From assembly GCA_963850905.1 (NCBI GenBank), contig CAWKMU010000003.1:3200001-3264000 (forward strand): a DNA stretch of 64,000 nucleotides, written 5' to 3'. The translations under genes and the position numbers were made by a program. Of this stretch, positions 40,807 through 51,548 are shown piece by piece. Each line of letters begins with the position of its first letter. The stretch's first letter is position 1. This stretch comes from an uncultured Gemmatimonadales bacterium (GTDB lineage: Bacteria > Gemmatimonadota > Gemmatimonadetes > Gemmatimonadales > Gemmatimonadaceae). Below the pieces are notes generated by a model. That model was not told the DNA's origin. It was given only the letters and a program-made list of their open reading frames with translations, and ran no database searches.

Positions 40807-42431
40807 CGGAAGCAGAGAAGGGAGACACGGCGGTCACGCCGCCGACGGCGAGCGCCCCCACTGGCGGCGGACGTGCGGCGTCGCTTGTCGCCGCCGGGAT
40901 CTTGTTGAGTCGGCTGACTGGGCTCGTGCGGGAGCGGGCGCTCGCGCACTACTTCGGCAGCGCGTATGTGGCTGATGCATTCCGCGCAGCCTTTCGCATC
41001 CCGAACCTGCTGCAGAATCTGTTCGGCGAAGGGGCGCTGTCCGCCTCGTTCATCCCCGTCTACGCGCGACTGCTGGCGCGCGGGGAGCGAGACGAAGCCC
41101 GCCGCGTCGCCGGCGCAGTCATTGGCCTCCTCAGCCTCCTCGTCTCGCTGTTCGTGCTCGTTGGGGTGCTCGGGACGCCCTGGATCATCGACCTCATCGC
41201 TCCCGGCTTTACCGGCGAACGACGCGCGCTGACGATCGTGCTCGTGCGCATTTTCTTCCCCGGCGCCGGCATCCTCGTCCTCTCTGCGTGGTGCCTGGGT
41301 GTGCTCAACAGCCACGGGCGGTTCTTGCTGGCGTACACGGCACCCGTGGTGTGGAACGCGGTCATCGTCGCGACGCTCATCGCGTTCGGCCGGCAGCCCG
41401 GCCTCGATCAGTTGGCGATCAAGGTGGCTTGGGGATCGGTCGCGGGCAACGCGCTCCAGTTTCTGGTGCAGCTCCCGTCGGTGTTGCGATTGGCGGGCCG
41501 CATGTCGGTTCTGCCGCGGGTCGCGTCCGCACACGTGCGCACCGTCGTGCGCAATTTCGGCCCCGTATTCGTGAGCCGCGGCGTCACGCAGCTGAGCGCG
41601 TACATCGATCAATTTCTCGCCAGTTGGCTCCCGGCCGGTTCAGTCGCACTGATCGGCTACGCGCAGAACCTCGCCGTGTTGCCCGTGAGCCTGTTCGGCA
41701 TGTCCGTCTCCGCGGCCGAGCTCCCGGCAATGTCAGGCGTGCTCGGACAGGCGGAGGATGTGGCGGCCGCGCTGCGCGTGCGACTCAACGCGGGGTTACG
41801 TCGCATCGCCTTCTTCATCGTGCCGTCCGCAGTGGGGTTCCTGGCGCTCGGCGATGTGATCGCCGCCGCGATCTATCGCACCGGCCGTTTTACCCGCGAG
41901 GATGCCCTCTGGGTGTGGGCCATTCTGGCCGGGTCCGCGGTGGGCTTGCTGGCATCGACACTGGGCCGACTGTACTCGTCCGCGTATTACGCGCTGCACG
42001 ACACGCGGACGCCGCTGCGCTTTGCGCTGGTCCGAGTCGGACTCACCACCGCCCTGGGGTACCTCAGCGCCCTCCCCGGGCCGCGGTGGCTGGGGATAGA
42101 CCAGCGCTGGGGGATGGTGGGCCTCACCGCATCGGCTGGAATCGCCGGATGGGTGGAGTTTGCACTCTTGCGACGAGCGCTCACGCGACGGATCGGACCG
42201 GCGAGCGTGCCGGTCAAATTGGTCGCGCTGCTCTGGGTTGCCGCCGCAGCCGGTGCGCTCGCCGGGTGGGCCGCTGGCCATGTGATCTCCATTGAGCACC
42301 CCGTGCTGCATGCGTCGGTCGTGTTGCCCGTGTATGGGTTGGTGTATCTGGGGATCGCCCTGCTCCTCGGGATCCCTGAGGCCCGTCAAGTACAAGCACT
42401 GGTGAGTAGGAGATTAGGGGCTAGACGCTAG
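40803..42431 (+). CDS. murJ: Lipid II flippase MurJ (MviN); start codon unresolved
   Basis: GILLSRLTGLVRE, ADAFRAAFRIPN..LFGEGALSASFIPVY, YYALHDTRTP and many TM helices. Confidence 0.93.
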   Translation, partial: VTEAEKGDTAVTPPTASAPTGGGRAASLVAAGILLSRLTGLVRERALAHYFGSAYVADAFRAAFRIPNLLQNLFGEGALSASFIPVYARLLARGERDEARRVAGAVIGLLSLLVSLFVLVGVLGTPWIIDLIAPGFTGERRALTIVLVRIFFPGAGILVLSAWCLGVLNSHGRFLLAYTAPVVWNAVIVATLIAFGRQPGLDQLAIKVAWGSVAGNALQFLVQLPSVLRLAGRMSVLPRVASAHVRTVVRNFGPVFVSRGVTQLSAYIDQFLASWLPAGSVALIGYAQNLAVLPVSLFGMSVSAAELPAMSGVLGQAEDVAAALRVRLNAGLRRIAFFIVPSAVGFLALGDVIAAAIYRTGRFTREDALWVWAILAGSAVGLLASTLGRLYSSAYYALHDTRTPLRFALVRVGLTTALGYLSALPGPRWLGIDQRWGMVGLTASAGIAGWVEFALLRRALTRRIGPASVPVKLVALLWVAAAAGALAGWAAGHVISIEHPVLHASVVLPVYGLVYLGIALLLGIPEARQVQALVSRRLGARR

Positions 42432-42502
42432 GGATCGGGGATTAGGGGAACGACCGCGCCGTTTCCGTCGACCTAACCCCTTGTAGCGGCTATATTTCGC
42501 GC

Positions 42503-44473
42503 ATGCTCGCCCCTCCGGACTCCGTGGCCATTAAGGTGCCACATCTACCGGAGTCCGCCGGAGTCTATCTCTGGAAGGATTCCGAGGGGCGGGTGTTGTA
42601 CGTCGGCAAGGCCAAACGACTCCGGTCGCGGGTCCGGAGTTATTTCGGGGCAGATATCGCGGAGAGCGTCAAGACCTTCGCGCTGATGCGACAGGTCGCG
42701 GACCTCGAGACGATCGTGGTCCCGAGTGAAGCCCACGCGCTGATTCTCGAGGCCAACCTCATCAAGGAGTATCGGCCGCGATTCAACATCGCGCTCCGAG
42801 ACGACAAGTCGTACCCCTACATCAAAGTCACCGTTCAGGAACCATTTCCTCGGGTCGTGGTGACGCGACGGCTCGAGACCGATGGTGCGCGGTATTTCGG
42901 CCCCTACACGGACGTCGGGGCCATGCGGCGTGCCCTCAACGTCGTCAAGCAGCTCTTTACCGTGCGCTCGTGCCGCTATGACATGCCGCGTGAGATGCCC
43001 GAGCGTCCATGTCTCGATTACTACATCAAGCGGTGCAAAGCGCCCTGCATCCTGGCGCAGTCGATGGAGGAGTACCGCGCGATGATCGATGAAGTCGTCG
43101 ACTTCCTCGAGGGGCGCAGCGGCGACGTGATCGCCGCCGTCCGGACCCGAATGGCCGACGCGGCGCAGCGCCTCGACTTCGAGCGCGCCGCAGAGCTGCG
43201 CGACGTATTGTCGCGACTCGAGCGGCTCGAGGAGCCGACGGTCGTTCTCGAGGTGGAGGGCGGCGACCGTGATGTGCTCGGGTATGCGCGCGATGGCGAT
43301 GATGCATCGGTGGCCATTCTCCGCATCCGCGGTGGGAAGCTGCTGGCCCGCGACCACCGTCTCTTGGAGAACGTCGAGGAGGAGACCGACGCCGCCGCCC
43401 TATCGGCCTACCTGGCGCGCTCATATGTCGGAGCGACCGAGCGCGCGCGCGAGCTGTTCGTTCCGTTCGACTTCGAGGATCGAGAACCCCTCGAGACAGC
43501 CTTGACCGGGACGAAGATCGTCGTGCCACAGCGTGGCCCCAAACGTCAGCTCGTCGAGCTCGCGAATCAGAACGCTCGGCATTTGCTCGAAGAGTTCCGA
43601 CTGGCGAGCGCGGACACCGAGGAGCGAGCAGCTGATCCGGTCTACGACCTGCAACGTGAAGTGGGCCTGCAGCGCGTGCCGCGCTCGCTAGTGTGCTTCG
43701 ATATCTCACACGCACAGGGCACCGACACCGTGGCATCGCTCGTGTGGTTCGAGAACGGACGACCGAAGCGATCCGAGTACCGAAAGTTCAAAGTCGCCAC
43801 GGTCAGCGGTGTGGACGATTTCGCTGCAATGCGGGAAGTCGTGACCCGCTACTTCCGGCGGCGACTCGATGAGCAAGCGGCGCTGCCGGACCTTGTCGTC
43901 ATCGATGGAGGCAAGGGGCAGCTTGGCGCTGCGCGGGACGCGTTGCTCGACCTGGGGCTCGGCGAGCTTCCGCTCATTAGCCTGGCGAAGCGAGAGGAGG
44001 AGATCTTCTCCGTGGGACGCAGCGAGAGCATCCGCCTGTCGCGTCGCTCGGCCGGGCTTCGACTCCTGCAACAGGCGCGCGACGAGGCACATCGATTCGC
44101 GGTGACGTTTCAGCGCAAGCGGCGAGCTGTCCGCACCGTCACGTCTGAGCTGCTACGCATCCCAGGCATCGGGCCGGTCAAGCGTCGCCAACTGCTGGGA
44201 GCATTCGGAAGCATTCAGGGCGTGCGCGACGCGATCGCCGAGCAGATCGCAGCGCTCCCGGGATGGACCATGAAGAGCGCAACACACCTGCTCGATGCGT
44301 TGCGCGCCGGCTCTCCCACTCGACCAGCGAGTGATGCGACCGCTCGATCCGGCCCCGGACCGGTTGGGGCCACGCCGGCGGTGTCCTCTGTGACCGACGA
44401 CGAATCGCCGGCTGGCGCGACGGATGCGTCTCCCTCGGTCCTGTCCGGCATCCCGACAGAAGGTCAACCATGA
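42503..44473 (+). CDS. uvrC: Excinuclease ABC subunit C
   Basis: GIY-YIG (GVYLW..LYVGKAKRLRSRV), UVR, CFDISH, PDLVVIDGGKGQL, RDEAHRFA, HhH IPGIGP. Confidence 0.96.
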   Translation: MLAPPDSVAIKVPHLPESAGVYLWKDSEGRVLYVGKAKRLRSRVRSYFGADIAESVKTFALMRQVADLETIVVPSEAHALILEANLIKEYRPRFNIALRDDKSYPYIKVTVQEPFPRVVVTRRLETDGARYFGPYTDVGAMRRALNVVKQLFTVRSCRYDMPREMPERPCLDYYIKRCKAPCILAQSMEEYRAMIDEVVDFLEGRSGDVIAAVRTRMADAAQRLDFERAAELRDVLSRLERLEEPTVVLEVEGGDRDVLGYARDGDDASVAILRIRGGKLLARDHRLLENVEEETDAAALSAYLARSYVGATERARELFVPFDFEDREPLETALTGTKIVVPQRGPKRQLVELANQNARHLLEEFRLASADTEERAADPVYDLQREVGLQRVPRSLVCFDISHAQGTDTVASLVWFENGRPKRSEYRKFKVATVSGVDDFAAMREVVTRYFRRRLDEQAALPDLVVIDGGKGQLGAARDALLDLGLGELPLISLAKREEEIFSVGRSESIRLSRRSAGLRLLQQARDEAHRFAVTFQRKRRAVRTVTSELLRIPGIGPVKRRQLLGAFGSIQGVRDAIAEQIAALPGWTMKSATHLLDALRAGSPTRPASDATARSGPGPVGATPAVSSVTDDESPAGATDASPSVLSGIPTEGQP

Positions 44474-45765
44474 CGATCGCCATCCTGGACCCGTTTAGCG
44501 GCATCGCTGGCGACATGACCCTCGGCGCGCTGATCGATTGCGGCTTGAGCACCGAGTGGCTGACTGCACTCCCAGGTCGGCTGGGGTTGGAGGGAATCGG
44601 CGTACAGATCCAGGACGTGCGCCGCGGAGAGCTGGCTTGCAAGAAAGTGGACTTCGAGATCCCCCCGCAGCCGCACGGCCGGCACCTCGCAGCCATCCGA
44701 GCCGTCGTGGCCAAGAGTGATGCGCCACCCCACGTCCGCGAGCGCGCCGACGCCGCGTTCCTCGCGATCGCCAAGGTCGAAGGAGCCATTCACGGGGTGT
44801 CGCCCGAGCGGGTCCACCTCCACGAAGTCGGCGCCGTGGACGCAATCCTCGACATCCTCGGCTCGATCTGGGGCTTTGACCAACTCGGTGTCACGTCGGT
44901 CTATTGTCTCCCGCTCGCACTGGGCGATGGTACGGTCGAGGCTGCCCATGGCACCCTGCCGGTGCCAGCCCCCGCGACTCTCGAGTTGCTCGAGGGCCAT
45001 GTGGTCCAGATGGGCCCCGCGGGTTCCGGCGAGCTCGTGACGCCGACGGGCGCCGCGTTGGTCCGCGTCCTGTCGCAGGGAGTGCCGCCCGCGTTCGTCC
45101 CCGTCCGCGTGGGCTACGGTGCCGGCACCAAGGTGTTTCCCCGACGGGCAAACGCGCTTCGCCTCATTCTTGCCACATCCGTCGATACCAGCTTGGGCGG
45201 CGTGCCCGGGCCCGACGGAAACGCGCGCGACGCACTGGTCGTGCTCGCGACGGACATCGACGATATGACCGGGGAATACCTCGCTCACGCCGCCGACGCC
45301 CTGCGAGGCGCTGGCGCACTCGATGTGGTCCTCGTGCCCACCGTGATGAAAAAAGGTCGGCCCGGTACTCGATTCGAGGTACTGGCCCGTCCCCAGGACG
45401 CGGACCGTCTCGAATCCCTCATGCTGTCGTCGACGACCTCCATCGGCGTCCGCCGCTGGTCCGTCGCCCGGCGAGCGCTATCGCGGCGGGACCGGGTGGT
45501 GGTGGTGCACGGACAGCCAGTCACCGTGAAGGAAGTCACCCTTCCGGATGGAACCGTGCGCGCCAAGCCCGACTATGATGCCGTGAAACGGGCGGCGGAC
45601 GCGACAGGCCGACCAGCGAGCGATATATTTTCGCTCGCGGCCGAGGCCGCGCGCGTGCACGACGATTCACCCCAATCCAGCCTGCCGGGCGTCCGGCCTG
45701 CCCAAGACGGGGAGCCGGCCCCCGCTCACGTGCCTCATCTCGTACGCTCCAGGAGTCAAGTATGA
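44470..45765 (+). CDS. larC: Nickel-pincer cofactor biosynthesis protein LarC family (TIGR00299)
   Basis: FSGIAGDMTLGALID, VHLHEVGAVDAILD, AHGTLPVPAPAT, ELVTPTGAA, TDIDDMTGE, MKKGRPG, TTSIGVR, KPDYD. Confidence 0.92.
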   Translation: MTIAILDPFSGIAGDMTLGALIDCGLSTEWLTALPGRLGLEGIGVQIQDVRRGELACKKVDFEIPPQPHGRHLAAIRAVVAKSDAPPHVRERADAAFLAIAKVEGAIHGVSPERVHLHEVGAVDAILDILGSIWGFDQLGVTSVYCLPLALGDGTVEAAHGTLPVPAPATLELLEGHVVQMGPAGSGELVTPTGAALVRVLSQGVPPAFVPVRVGYGAGTKVFPRRANALRLILATSVDTSLGGVPGPDGNARDALVVLATDIDDMTGEYLAHAADALRGAGALDVVLVPTVMKKGRPGTRFEVLARPQDADRLESLMLSSTTSIGVRRWSVARRALSRRDRVVVVHGQPVTVKEVTLPDGTVRAKPDYDAVKRAADATGRPASDIFSLAAEAARVHDDSPQSSLPGVRPAQDGEPAPAHVPHLVRSRSQV

Positions 45766-47300
45766 GTCTTGTCGACAGTTCTCGCCTCCGCACCATGGTC
45801 GCTCTCGCCCTGGCCGTGGCCAGTCTCGGGGTCGCGTCCTCGGCACAGGCGCAAAAAAACAGCAAGAACGCCTGCGACGTTGGCGACGACCAAAGCAGCG
45901 AGTCCATGGGCGGGCGCCTCTTCCTGTCGCGGGCCACGGATCCAAAGGCCCCACAAGCGCAAAAGGATTCATTGGCGCGACAGGCCGTGGGCTCGCTGAC
46001 GTCTACGAAGCTGAACGAGCAGAAGGACTTTGGCCGTGACTACCTCTTGGCCGAAGCACTCGTGCTCCAGGCCGCGGACACCGGCCTTTCGCCCATCGGG
46101 CCGCGTGGTAGCTACGGGTTCAAGGGTGACAGCGGCACGCAGGTCGACATTCTCGCCACAGCGGACACGCTGCTCACGACGCTGGCGGAGAAGAAGCCGG
46201 AGTGCGCGACCCAGGCTGACAACATGCGGCAACAGGCCTACGTCCCGCTCACGAACGCCGCCCTGGGCAACCTGAACTCGAAGAATTACGGCCATGCCGA
46301 CACCCTCGCGCACCGAGCGGTCAGCATCTACTCGAAGAGCCCATACGTCTACAACGCGCTCGGCAGCGTCGCGATTACCAGGCATGACTACGCCAGTGCC
46401 AAGGAGAACTTCACCAAGGTCATCGCGCTCGCCGGCACTGACACGACCGTCCGGCAGCTCAAGAAAGTGGCCATGTACAACTACGCGGTGGTCTCCAGCG
46501 CCCTCGCGGATTCCTTGAAGGGCACGCCACAGCACCAGGGCGTGGCGGATTCGGCGGTCACCGCGTGGAAGGCGTACCAGGCCGCGTATCCAACCGACCC
46601 CAACGCCCAGGCGGGTCTGACGCACGCGCTCCAGGCATCAGGCGATAGCACGCAAGCGAAGGCCCTGTACGCCGACATGCTGAACAACCCGAACAAGTAC
46701 ACCAACATGCAGTTGTTCAACAGCGCGATCTCCGCCGCCCAGGCGAAGGACGAGCCGACAGCCGTAAAGCTCTTTCAGGAAGGCATGAAGACCAACCCGT
46801 ACTTCCGCGAAGCGCTGTACTACGTCGCCAATTCCCAGTTCAACAACGGCCAGATCGATTCCCTGATGCCGACGGTTCGGCGTCTCATCGCGGTCGACCC
46901 GAACAACCCGGACGACTACCGGTTGCTCGCCGGCGCCTATCAGCTGCGCTCGCGCGACGCGACGGATCCCAAGCTCAAGCGTGCGATGCAGGACTCGACG
47001 CTGGCGGCGCTCAAGAAATTCCAGCAGCCCAAAGTCGGACTCGTGATCACCAACTTCGCGAATGATGGCGAGCACATTACCCTGGCTGGTCGTCTCGCGA
47101 ACTACGACTCGGCCGCGGCTCATCCCTTTGCGCCGAAGTTCACGTTCCTCGATGCGAGCGGCAACGTCGTCGGAACGAAGGATGCCGACCCGGTGAATGT
47201 GCCGCCTGGTCAGAACGCCAAGAATCCTGGCACGGCCACGTTCCAGGTGTCCGCGGCCGTCAAGGGCGCGGTCGCCTACAAATACGCCCCGCTGGATTAG
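45762..47300 (+). CDS. Secreted TPR-repeat protein with a C-terminal Ig-like (FxLYD-like) domain
   Basis: Signal peptide; TPR-like helices (YNALG..A..NFTKVI; NPYFREALYYVA; DPNNPDDYRLLAGAY); C-terminal beta domain with FTFLDASGNVVG. Confidence 0.72.
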   Translation: MSLVDSSRLRTMVALALAVASLGVASSAQAQKNSKNACDVGDDQSSESMGGRLFLSRATDPKAPQAQKDSLARQAVGSLTSTKLNEQKDFGRDYLLAEALVLQAADTGLSPIGPRGSYGFKGDSGTQVDILATADTLLTTLAEKKPECATQADNMRQQAYVPLTNAALGNLNSKNYGHADTLAHRAVSIYSKSPYVYNALGSVAITRHDYASAKENFTKVIALAGTDTTVRQLKKVAMYNYAVVSSALADSLKGTPQHQGVADSAVTAWKAYQAAYPTDPNAQAGLTHALQASGDSTQAKALYADMLNNPNKYTNMQLFNSAISAAQAKDEPTAVKLFQEGMKTNPYFREALYYVANSQFNNGQIDSLMPTVRRLIAVDPNNPDDYRLLAGAYQLRSRDATDPKLKRAMQDSTLAALKKFQQPKVGLVITNFANDGEHITLAGRLANYDSAAAHPFAPKFTFLDASGNVVGTKDADPVNVPPGQNAKNPGTATFQVSAAVKGAVAYKYAPLD

Positions 47301-47324
47301 GAAAGCGACGCCGGGAGGTCGGGC

Positions 47325-48593
47325 ATGCCTGCAGTCCGGGTAGCGCGGGTCGAGTGCGGCAGCATTGCTGCCGCACTTGGCATCGCGCCCGGCACTGAGC
47401 TGTTGTCAGTGAACGGCCGGCGCGTCACCGACTTCCTGGATTGGGAGTTCCTCACCGCCGATGACGATCTGGTCGTAGAAGCTCGCGATCCTGGTGGCGA
47501 TGCGGTCACCTACGAGATCGAGCGCGGCGAGGGCGATGTCATGGGCATCGAGCTCGAGCCGCCAACCGTCCGGCAGTGCGCGAACCGGTGCGAGTTCTGC
47601 TTCATTGAGGGACTGCCTCCCGGGCTCCGGCGCCCACTCTATCTCCGCGATGACGACTACCGACTGTCGTTCGCGTACGGCAACTTCGCGACGCTGTCGA
47701 ACGTCCGAGAGCGCGATATCAAGCGCATCCTCGAGTACCGCCTCTCGCCGCTGTACGTGTCCGTACACGCGACGTCGCCCGCCGTGCGGCGCGTCTTGTT
47801 GAACAACCCGAAAGTGCCCGACATCGTCGAGCAGCTGCGGACACTCGCAGCTGGTGGCATTCAGTTTCACTGTCAGATGGTCATCGTCCCGGGGATCAAC
47901 GATGGCGCCGCGCTCGAGCAGTCGCTGACGGACCTCTGGGACCTCGGGGACGCCGTGTCGACCGTGGCCATCGTGCCCGTCGGCCTCACCCAGTTCTCGC
48001 ACCTGTACACCGGGCGCTCGATGGATCGCCGCGCTGCACGTTCGTTGCTCGCCGTCGCGAATCGGTGGGCCGCGCGCGCTCGAGTCGATCGTGAGAGCAC
48101 GTGGGTGTTCGGCTCAGACGAGCTGTACATGCTGGCTGGCGAGCCGCTCCCCGACGCTGCCCACTACGGCGAGTTCGCGCAGATCGAGAACGGAATAGGC
48201 GCCGTGACCAAGCTGCGGGAACGCGTGGCGCAGGGGCTGCACTCGCTCCCGCGGCTCGATGGCCAACGCATCGGCGTCGTCACGGGGGCGGCCATGGCAC
48301 CGCTGATGCCGGAGCTCCTGGACTCGATCCGGGGCTCGACTGGTGCGCAATTCGAGCTCATTCCCACGACCAACAGCCTGTTCGGTCCCACGACCACGAC
48401 GGCGGGCTTGCTGGTCGGAGCCGACATCTCGCGCGCGCTCACGGGCCGCGTCGATCTGCACATGGCCTTGATTCCTGCAGAGTCGATCAACGAGCGCGGC
48501 GAATTCCTTGACGACACGCGATTTGTGGACGTTCGCGAGTCGCTGCCGATGCCGGTGTTTCCGTCCTACGACTTCATCGACGCCTTGCGTTGA
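47325..48593 (+). CDS. DUF512 PDZ + radical-SAM-like Fe-S protein
   Basis: N-terminal PDZ-like segment, CANRCEFCF (CxxxCxxC), DDDYRLSF..GNF, SPLYVSVH, QIENGIG, AGLLVG. Confidence 0.9.
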   Translation: MPAVRVARVECGSIAAALGIAPGTELLSVNGRRVTDFLDWEFLTADDDLVVEARDPGGDAVTYEIERGEGDVMGIELEPPTVRQCANRCEFCFIEGLPPGLRRPLYLRDDDYRLSFAYGNFATLSNVRERDIKRILEYRLSPLYVSVHATSPAVRRVLLNNPKVPDIVEQLRTLAAGGIQFHCQMVIVPGINDGAALEQSLTDLWDLGDAVSTVAIVPVGLTQFSHLYTGRSMDRRAARSLLAVANRWAARARVDRESTWVFGSDELYMLAGEPLPDAAHYGEFAQIENGIGAVTKLRERVAQGLHSLPRLDGQRIGVVTGAAMAPLMPELLDSIRGSTGAQFELIPTTNSLFGPTTTTAGLLVGADISRALTGRVDLHMALIPAESINERGEFLDDTRFVDVRESLPMPVFPSYDFIDALR

Positions 48594-49898
48594 ACACGCC
48601 CACCGTCGCCATTATCGGCCGCCCGAACGTCGGGAAGTCGTCGCTGTTCAACCGATTGGTCGGCGGCAAGACAGCCATCGTCGCGGACGAGCCGGGGACG
48701 ACGCGCGACCGCCATTTCGCGCGGGCAGAATGGGCCGGCCGCGGATTCTGGCTGGTCGATACCGGAGGCCTTGTCGAGGATGCGCATCTGCCCATGGATG
48801 TGGCCATCCGGGACCAGGTGCTGCAGGCGATCGATGAAGCCGACCTGCTGCTCTTCGTGGTCGACGCCAAGGCCGGTCTGCAACCCAGCGACGCGCGCAT
48901 CCTCGACCTGCTGCGTGCGCAACGCAAGCCCTGGTTGTTGGTCGCCAACAAGGTGGATGATCCGGCGTCGATTGATTTCTACGAGTTCTACGAGCTGGGG
49001 GCGGGCGATCCGATTCCAGTCTCTGCCGCCAATGGAAAGAACTCGGGTGACCTGCTCGATGCCGTCGTCGCACACATTCCCACGACGGCGCCCGCTGAGG
49101 GAACCGAGCTCCGGATCGCGGTGGTCGGCCGGCCCAATGTCGGCAAGTCATCGCTCGTCAACCGGCTGCTCGGCGCGGATCGGCTCGTCGTGTCTGCCGA
49201 CGCCGGCACGACCCGAGACGCGATCGACACGCCGATGATCTATCACGGCAAGACGATCGTGTTCGTGGATACCGCCGGCCTCCGGCGCCAATCCAAGACG
49301 CCCGATGGCGTCGAATTCTATGCGTCGCTGCGGACGCGGCGGGCCATCGAGCGCGCGGACGTGTGTATCCTCGTCATCGATGCCGTCGCCGGGCTTGGCG
49401 TGCAGGATCTCAAGATCGCGTCCCTGGCCTGGGACGCCGGACGGGGTCTCATCCTGGCCGTCAACAAGTGGGATCTCAAGGAGAAGGACGACAAGACCGC
49501 CCCCCATTTCGAGAAGGAGTGTGTCGAGCGGGCGCCTTACCTCGCGTTCGTCCCGTTCGTCTTTATTTCGGCGTTGACGGGGCAACGAGTGACCCGACTC
49601 TTCGATATTATTCTCGAAGTCGCTGGCGAGCGGCAGAAGCGTGTGACCACAGCCGACGTGAATGCGACGCTCGAGACACTCGTCGCGCGCCGCCAGCCGC
49701 CGCAGGCTGCGGGGCACGAGGTGCGGCTCTTGTACGCGACTCAGGTCGAGGTGGCACCGCCCACGATCGCCGTCTTTGGCAATCGGCCGGACCTCGTCCA
49801 GGAGCATTACGTACGGTATCTCCACAACGGCTTCCGAGCCGCGTGGGGGTGGACCGGCAACCCGCTCCGCATCGTCTTGCGCGGGCAAGGCGGCGTAG
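48590..49898 (+). CDS. der: Ribosome biogenesis GTPase Der/EngA (one extra base near 49885)
   Basis: Two GRPNVGKSSL P-loops, GTTRD, DTGG/DTAG, KH-like C-terminus. Removing one G gives ..IVLRGKAA* ending 49898, directly before the plsY ATG. Confidence 0.95.
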
Positions 49899-50553
49899 AT
49901 GAGTCCTTGGGTCGCGATCCTGATCGCGTACGTGGCGGGCTCTATCCCGTTCTCCTACCTGATTGCGCGCTTCATTCGGGAAGATCGATCTCCGCGAATA
50001 TGGATCGGGCAACCTGGGAGCCACCAACGTGTATCGCGCGCTGGGCCTCCCTGCGGCATTTGCCGTCTTTCTGCTCGACGCCGCCAAGGGAGCGCTTCCC
50101 GTGCTCCTGTTGCCAGCCCACGGGCCCCGCGGAGGGTGGTGGTCGGTTGCGTATGGCGTGGCGGCGATTCTCGGGCACGTGCGCCCGGTCTTCTTTCTCT
50201 GGCGCCGGGGAGGCAAGGGCGTCGCGACCGCCGCCGGAGTCTTTCTCGCGCTGACGCTTCTGCCAGCCGCCATCTCCACGGGCCTGTGGCTCATCGTGCT
50301 CACGGCGACGCGTTACGTCTCGGTCGCCTCACTGGCCGCCGCCACCGCGCTCCCGATCGCCCAGCTGCTGCTCCGCGGCCCGCACCCGGTGTTCTGGATG
50401 TCAGTGGTGACCGCGGCGTTCGTCTGGCTGACGCACCGCGCCAACATTGAGCGGTTGCGCCGCGGGAAGGAGCCCAAGACCTGGGGGCGCGGCAAGGGAA
50501 AGGATCCCACGCGCGACAGCATCCCGATAGCGGGGGTCTCTGGCGTCCGATGA
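49899..50553 (+). CDS. plsY: Glycerol-3-phosphate acyltransferase PlsY (one extra base near 49972)
   Basis: YVAGSIPFS / DLREYGSGNLGATN, DAAKG, GGKGVAT, HRANIERL. Confidence 0.93.
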
Positions 50554-51548
50554 CCCGCTGCGCCGTGGTCGGTGCTGGCGCATGGGGAACGGCTCTGGCG
50601 GATCTCCTCGCCCGCAACGGGCACTCGGTGCGGTTGTGGGCTCGCGAACCCGATGTCGCTGAAGGAATCGCCGCACGCCACGAGAACGTGCGCTTCCTTG
50701 CGGGATTTGCCCTGTCGACGGCGTTAGTGGCGACTCCAGTCGTTGGCGAGGCGGTTCGGTCGGCCGAGTTGGTGCTCTTCGCCGTGCCGTCGGCATACCT
50801 GCGCAGCGTGGTCGAGCGCGCGGCGCCTGATCTGCACCCCGACGCGACGCTTGGCGTAGCCACGAAAGGCATCGAGCATGGCACACTGGCCATCATGACC
50901 GAGGTCGTCCGCGAGGCGGCGGGCGGCCGTCAGCCCGTCGTCGCGGTCTCGGGGCCAAGCTTCGCCGCAGAGGTGGCAGCAGGTCAGCCGACGGCCGTGG
51001 TGGCCGCATCCGCCATGCCTCGAGCGGCGGAGCTCGTGCAACACGCGCTGTCCTCCGGTGCATTTCGGGTCTACACCCATCCCGACGTATTGGGAGTCGA
51101 GCTCGGGGGCTCGCTCAAGAACGTGATGGCGGTGGCAACGGGCATCTCGGACGGATTGGGTCTCGGCGCCAACTCGCGCGCCGCCCTCGTCACGCGCGGC
51201 CTCGCGGAGATGACCCGGCTCGGCGTCGCGCTCGGCGCCCGGGCGAGCACCTTTGCGGGTCTCGCGGGACTCGGCGATCTCGTGCTCACCTGTACCGGCG
51301 CCCTGAGCCGGAACCGCGCGCTCGGCGAGGCGGTGGGACGCGGCCAGACCCTAGCGGAGGCGCTTGCACATCGCGAAAGTGTGGCCGAGGGAGTCGTGAC
51401 GGCACGGAGTGCCCTGGCGCTAGCCCAACGAAGCGGTGTCGAGATGCCGATCGTGCGGGCCGTCAATCGGGTACTCTTTGAAGGGCGACCGGCGCGACAA
51501 GCGATTGGCGATCTCATGGAGCGCGAACTGCGCGCCGAACCGGATTGA
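50550..51548 (+). CDS. gpsA: NAD(P)H-dependent glycerol-3-phosphate dehydrogenase
   Basis: GAGAWGTALA, TKGIE, SGPSFA, GSLKNV, GLGDLVLTC..SRN. Confidence 0.96.
   Translation: MTRCAVVGAGAWGTALADLLARNGHSVRLWAREPDVAEGIAARHENVRFLAGFALSTALVATPVVGEAVRSAELVLFAVPSAYLRSVVERAAPDLHPDATLGVATKGIEHGTLAIMTEVVREAAGGRQPVVAVSGPSFAAEVAAGQPTAVVAASAMPRAAELVQHALSSGAFRVYTHPDVLGVELGGSLKNVMAVATGISDGLGLGANSRAALVTRGLAEMTRLGVALGARASTFAGLAGLGDLVLTCTGALSRNRALGEAVGRGQTLAEALAHRESVAEGVVTARSALALAQRSGVEMPIVRAVNRVLFEGRPARQAIGDLMERELRAEPD

Noticed and set aside
48590..50254. Der with a long C-terminal extension (554 aa)
   Set aside because: Read-through caused by a single inserted base near 49885; the extension overlaps plsY.
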